Positions 37,261 through 42,904 of a stretch of DNA of 42,904 nucleotides are shown one piece after another. This DNA comes from Octopus sinensis (taxonomy: Eukaryota): NCBI RefSeq assembly GCF_006345805.1, contig NW_021835059.1:1-42904 (forward strand), in the 5' to 3' direction. Each line of letters opens with the position of its first letter. Position 1 is the first letter of the stretch. Under the pieces are notes generated by a model. The model searched no databases. It worked only from the letters and a program-made list of their open reading frames with translations, and was not told where the DNA came from. A program made the translations under genes and the position numbers.

Positions 37261-38468
37261 TTTTCTTTATCCCCGTCTGTCTTGATAGACAATGGGTTGC
37301 AACAATGGACATATATATATACATATACACATACATATATAAGACAAAGCACGAATAATTCCCATTACATATTTTGTCTTTATTGTACTAAATTTGACTT
37401 ACAGTCGTTACCAGTAATCATTAAAGGTTCATTGTTCGTTATTGATAGGTTTACTCAATCGGTCCATTGAACGGTTGAGAAAAATTGGAAGACTTAGGAA
37501 ATCAATGCTACTTTCAACAGAATCATTTCTGGTCATGAGGAAAAGAAAGGTACAGGCATTGGGGGGGGGCAAAGAGAGGCAATAATTATAAGTATAAGGT
37601 TAGTGGAAAAGAGATAAGGAGAAAAGAAGAAAAGTGAAGATCTATATACATACATGTTTGTGTGTGTGTGTGTGTGTGTTAATTGCAACCAGCCTAACAA
37701 AATCTGCATTAGAAAAAAATAGAAAAAATTTACATAAATTCTTCGCCAACTTTAACCTGTCTATTTCTTTCGAAAACTCATACACGACAGCAAATTTTTT
37801 AGATGTTACATTAGATTTAAACTCTTCACTCTACTTCCCATATCATAAACCCAGTCAATAACTTATGTACATCAACACAGAATCTAGCCACCATAAATCT
37901 ACTTTCGAGAGCATAATTAAAGGCATATCCATCAGAATATCCGATCTATCCGCCACTGAGGTAATCTTCAATAACTACGCCAATTACTACAACCAAGCTC
38001 TAGCTGTTAGTGGTTTCTCTCAGAAGATTAGATTTATACTCAACAGTAGACATGAAGAACTCCTCTCTAAACTTAGATCTAGATAAACACTCACAAATAT
38101 TGGAAATCCAAACCCTCCTACTACGGTTAGACAATCTCGCCCACCTAGCACCCACCCCTATACCACTCGATCTACGAACACTAATACTAATACCAGACCT
38201 TTCAACTCTCCTCTAACATTCACTGGGAATTACATTTCCCCAAATTTGCCTAATAAAAGCGGCGGGAGATCTATTCTCTGGTATACACCTCTATTCGCTT
38301 TAAACGTTAAGGGCCTCGCTAAAGTATTCTTTAAAATAATAGAATCTATTATCACCTCATCTAATAAAACGTAAACTTAGCTCTTACTATTTAAATGCAT
38401 ACAACCCTACTATAGACCTACACAACGAAAACACTAACACCGATCGCAATAAGATATCCAATACCCAA

Positions 38469-38682
38469 GGCGGCGAGCTAGCAGAAACGTTAGCACGCCG
38501 TGCAAAATGCTTAGCGGTATTTCGGCTGTCTTTACGTTCTGAGTTCATATTCCACGAGGTCGACTTTGCCTTTCATCCCTTCGGGGTCGATAAATTAAGT
38601 ACCAGTTGCATACTGGGGTTGATCTAATGAACTGGTCCCCTTCCCCAAAGGTTTCGGGCCTTGTACCTAAGGTAGAAAAGAA
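38469..38682 (+). mobile_element. type-A SINE (alternative tail) inserted into the Penelope-like element
   Basis: Same head and core as 36155-36385 but the tail is ...ggtccccttccccaaaggtttcgggccttgtacctaaggtagaaaagaa. Confidence 0.88.
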
Positions 38683-38759
38683 CATATCTAATACCCTTGG
38701 CCCAACCACTTTCAACAGCTTAAACATACACAGTATAGTCCCCACCTCCGAGGGTAACG

Positions 38760-39084
38760 GGCGCACAGCTGAAACCGACGCAAACACTAACAGGCAGACT
38801 GATACTAACAATACTAGCTATACAATAACCACTACAATTAATAATACCTATACTAATAGGACTAGCAATAATATTAATACTAGCACTAACGGCAATATTA
38901 CCATTACTGAAAATGATACTACTACTAACACACCTACCACTAACTCTGCTACTAATAGTTGCAATAATAACATCACTAAAACCACCTCCACTACCACTGC
39001 TAATACTAACACTACTATCAATAATACAACTACTGCCACTGCTGCTACTACTGCTACTACTATTACTACTACTACTACTACTAT

Positions 39085-39115
<31 letters not shown>

Positions 39116-39260
39116 GGTAATAATAATTATTATAACAGCGATGCCGATAACGATAACGACGATAATAATAATAATGGTAACGCTGGCGTGGATATTGATG
39201 GTAGAAATGACGACAATGGTAACAGCAATATCACCAACGATTTACCTAGTACAACCCTAG
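38760..39260. repeat. degenerate (ACT)/(AAT)/(GAT) trinucleotide low-complexity tract
   Basis: Directly visible; gives the T/N-rich 266-aa ORF. Confidence 0.85.
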
Positions 39261-40318
39261 CCACTACCAGCACTACTTCGTCTCTCTCTCTCCAGTTAAC
39301 CATCTTAGAACTGATTACTGCAACTACAGATCTGGGACAGACTACCCGCTGCAAGCCCAGTGCAGAAGATTCAACTTCGTATACCAATGCACCGTTCACA
39401 GCATAGTAAATAACTCTTATAGCTACTACATTGGATCTAATACAAATTTTAAACAAAGATATTATGCACATTTAAACTCATTTAAATATAAGGAGAATAG
39501 CAATTACACATCACTAGCCAGTCACGTACACCATCTAATTAATAGAAAATGCAGTATAAACTTTCCTGGGCTATAATAGACTCTGGTATCTCATATCAGG
39601 GCCAGCACTCCATCTGTGGACTCTGCTCAAAAGAAGCCCTCAAAATTTTAACCCATAACTCGCCAGAATTGTTTGGTAAACACAACGAAGCCTTCACAAC
39701 GTGTAAACACAAATTCTTCCACACTTTTAAATTCTTCCATAAATATAAATGTAAATTCACCCCCACCACGAATAACACCCACATACAAACCTCCATGATC
39801 ATTAACACATACCCCTCTATATCTCTTCTATCAACCTTATATCACCACTTTATAAGATAGATATTAAGTCTTTAATATATTTTTTTAAACCTTAACCTAA
39901 TAAATCCCCTAACATTTAATTCTAACTCCTACTCCTAAATAATTTAACATTCAACTAGTTTCTCCATTCACGACTACCTACACAACCAAAACCCCATTGC
40001 TAAAATTAACTCTACAGCCACAACCACAACGGACACAAGCATTTGCTACTAGATTCCTCCCCAACCCCTATACACTTGAAGAATACCACTGGAACCTACT
40101 ATTCTCTTTAAATCCCTTTCATTTTTTACGTTATCTTCCTCCAGTCTCTTAACTCCTTGGTGTCAATATGGGTCGCGGGTCGCAGGTTGAGGAATGTGGG
40201 AGCGCCATGATGTCAAGCGCAAGCAAAGGATTCCCCGAAATGCTCAATGCCATTCCCCGCATATCTGGTTTTATACTAGAGTGTGTAACCTTTTCCTTGA
40301 AACATATTTTAATAAAAG

Positions 40319-40350
<32 letters not shown>

Positions 40351-40353
<3 letters not shown>

Positions 40354-40770
40354 TGTAGGAGCGGCTGTGTGGTAAGAATCTTGCTTCCCAACCAAATGGT
40401 CCTGGATTCAGTCCCATTGCGTGGCACCTTGGGAAGTGTCTTCTACTATAATTTCGGGTTGACCAGAGCCTTCTAAGTGGATTTGCTAGACGGAAACTGA
40501 AAAGAATCCTATCGTGTGTGTATGTGCATGTGTGTGTGTGTGTGTGTCTCTGTGTGTGTCTGTGTGCGTGTCTGTGTTTCTCTCCCCACCATCGCTTGAC
40601 ATCGATGTTGGTGTGTTTACGTCCCTGTACTTTGCGGTTCGGCAAAAGATATCGATAGAATAGAACTAGGCATACAAAGATGTCCTGGGATCGGTTTGTT
40701 CGACTAAAAGCGGTGCTCCAGCGTGGCCGCAGTCAAAATTATTGAAAGAAGTAAAAGAATAAAGCAATAA
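40351..40770 (+). mobile_element. type-B composite SINE, older copy
   Basis: Homologous over head, internal (TG)n and tail to 3372-3772. Confidence 0.85.
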
Positions 40771-40794
40771 AATATATATATATATATATAGCTT

Positions 40795-40980
40795 TATTTT
40801 TATTGTTTGCTTGTTTTAATCATCTGACTGCGGCCATGCTGGAGCGCCGTCTTGATGAATTTATAATCAAATGAATCGACCCCAGAACTTTTTTCTTTTA
40901 AGAATTGTATTTATTCTATCGGTCTCGTTTGCCGAACCGCCAGGTTACGGAGACGTAAACACACCAACACTGGTTGTAAA
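40795..40980 (-). mobile_element. type-B SINE 3' tail module, inverted relative to 40351-40770
   Basis: ctgactgcggccatgctggagcgccg...ttctatcggtctcgtttgccgaaccgc...gacgtaaacacaccaacac is the reverse complement of the tail of the adjacent copy. Confidence 0.85.
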
Positions 40981-40984
40981 GTTT

Positions 40985-41230
40985 AAATAAGGAATATTGT
41001 TCCTTCCGTTTCTTTGAATGAGCAAATGCATGGTGTGCAGAGATGCTGCACGCTGCTAAATAGATTATGGAATAGTCCATTATGTTGAAGTGGGCGGGAT
41101 GTTTGGTTTGGCCTGGCGTACGTTGTAGTACACCTCGAATCTGTTCACTTCAAAGATACACCAGACGATGGTCTTTTATCCCAATGTAAAGTGAGCTGCA
41201 TAAGTAATGAATGATCATACCGAGTGCAAA
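40985..41230 (-). mobile_element. possible Tc1/mariner-superfamily transposase C-terminal relic
   Basis: Minus-strand fragments VWCIFEVNR and MDYSII..AAC resemble the ...DYxVWxxLE...N...MDxxxIxxAC...G..IE end of Tc1-like transposases; very degenerate. Confidence 0.28.
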
Positions 41231-41644
41231 TTACAATGCGCTATCAACTGGCTGATTGAATTTTGAAATCATTCAGATCACGAAAAAACAGAAAGAAACC
41301 ACGTTGGTTTTGTGGAGAACATTTGTTCTTGGTGGCCTGGTCGATTGCTGCCAATCATGATTAGCGCAGCGTCAAACTAACAGCGGGACTCGACGTAATA
41401 AAACGTTGTTACACGAAGATTACTTCGGTACAGCAGAGAGGACTGAGGGTATGCTGTGACATGTATAAATGTGCATGTAGTGTGTGTGTGTAAAATTGGT
41501 CAGTTGCCCAGTCAGGAAAAAACGCTCCCTCTAAAAGAAATTTTGACCAGTTATATTTTATGTAGTACATCCTTGGTTGTAGCGGGTCAAAAAGTGACTG
41601 TTGGTATCTTTCTGACTGGCCATAACCACGGATATACAACTCGA

Positions 41645-42026
41645 CTACACACATGCACGCGCGCACACACACACACACACACACATGCATGTGTGTATGT
41701 GTATATATCTATGTCCATGTATGTGTGTGCATATGTGTGTAGGCATATATCTGTGTATACATACTCGTTCGTATACATATATGCCCGTATGTAAGTTCAT
41801 ATATATGCGTGTGTGCGTGTGTTTTTGTGTGTGTGTGTGTATGTGTATGTGTATATGTGCATATATATATACACACACCTACATATATATATATATGTAT
41901 ATATATATACATGCACGCATATATATATATATGTATTATATATATATATGGCGGTGCCCCAGCATGGCCACAGCTCATTAGCAAACTGCAAAAATCAAAA
42001 TCAAAATCAAATCATATATAGATGCA

Positions 42027-42106
<80 letters not shown>

Positions 42107-42266
42107 ATAATATATATTTATGTGTGTGTATGCAAAATACTGCTTAAATCTGAAGTGAAGAACACCAGACAAACACCAGATAGACAGAATATGGTCTCCA
42201 TATCTTGCAAAAAGTATGTAATTTGTTCCAGTATACTTATACCTGTGTGTGCACGTATGCATAATG

Positions 42267-42352
<86 letters not shown>

Positions 42353-42560
42353 ATATGTATATAGATATATGTATATATATATACATATATATATGTATTA
42401 TATATATATATATGTCTATATATATATAATATATATATATATATATTATATATATAATATATGTATGTATATAATACATATATATTAAATATATATATAT
42501 ATGTATATATATATACATATAGATGTATATATATATATATACATACATATGTGTGTGTGG
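41645..42560. repeat. large imperfect (TA)/(TG)/(CA) microsatellite field
   Basis: Directly visible. Confidence 0.95.
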
Positions 42561-42904
42561 GTGTGTGGTGTGTGTGTTATGTGCACGCCGATATGTGTTC
42601 GTATGTATTTATTCATGTCTCCCCCCCCCACATACACACTTATTTTCCCAATTGTAGAAAGTACTCGTTTTCAACGGTCTTCTTCTGTCAAAGAGTATTA
42701 AACTGTGCAGTAAAAGATGGGTTGGTGGGGTGGGTTGGGGTTGGGTTGGAGGAATTATGTCTACATGCATCTTGGTCGCCCATCGCAATGTTCAGCAGAA
42801 AAATAAATCATTTGTGTGTATGCTTTTGTGTGTGTGTGTGTGTATAAGTGTGTGTAAGTGTGTGTGTGTGTGAAGTAGTAGGAGTGAGATGGTATATTTT
42901 CCTG

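Larger units (their letters stand above)
37690..39770 (+). mobile_element. degenerate Penelope-like element (RT C-terminus, linker, GIY-YIG endonuclease)
   Basis: NFLDVTLDL....FPYHKP...MYINTESSH...IIKGISIRISDLS....F.....YYNQALAVSGF (RT motif E/thumb), ILWYTP (38275-38295), then PLQAQC...VYQCTV...YYIGS...FKQRYYAHLNSFKY...TSLASHV and YKLSWAII...SY......CGLCSKEALKIL (GIY-YIG). Interrupted by a SINE and a trinucleotide-rich tract. Confidence 0.88.

Noticed and set aside
38606-39406. 266-aa Thr/Asn-rich ORF resembling a mucin
   Set aside because: Starts inside a SINE, consists of trinucleotide low complexity and lies within the Penelope-like element.

Overview
Eukaryotic, AT-rich, repeat-saturated window. 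By inference it is a coleoid cephalopod, most likely Octopus, from the tRNA-headed SINE families and the very high (TA)n/(TG)n/(TAA)n density. Nearly all ORFs in the supplied track are microsatellite translation artefacts. Supportable features are mostly transposable-element relics: three SINE types; a stack of restriction-like-endonuclease (R4/Dong-type) LINE fragments tied to (TAA)n arrays at 22.6-26.8 kb with an interleaved L1/Tx1 RT fragment; RTE-type LINE relics; a Penelope-like element (RT plus GIY-YIG); a truncated LTR retroelement; a hATm-like DNA transposon end; and a weak Tc1-like relic. I recognise no conserved protein-coding gene, rRNA, tRNA or CRISPR array. Two low-confidence, phase-consistent multi-exon models with no recognisable homolog can be built from splice signals alone: minus strand 1.5-16.4 kb and plus strand 28.6-35.4 kb. 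I found no demonstrably new biological system. The best leads are the (TAA)n-associated retroelement stack, a tail-to-tail SINE hairpin, a young (TA)n-embedded Penelope-type mini-element and the two orphan gene models. All family assignments come from remembered motifs, not database searches.
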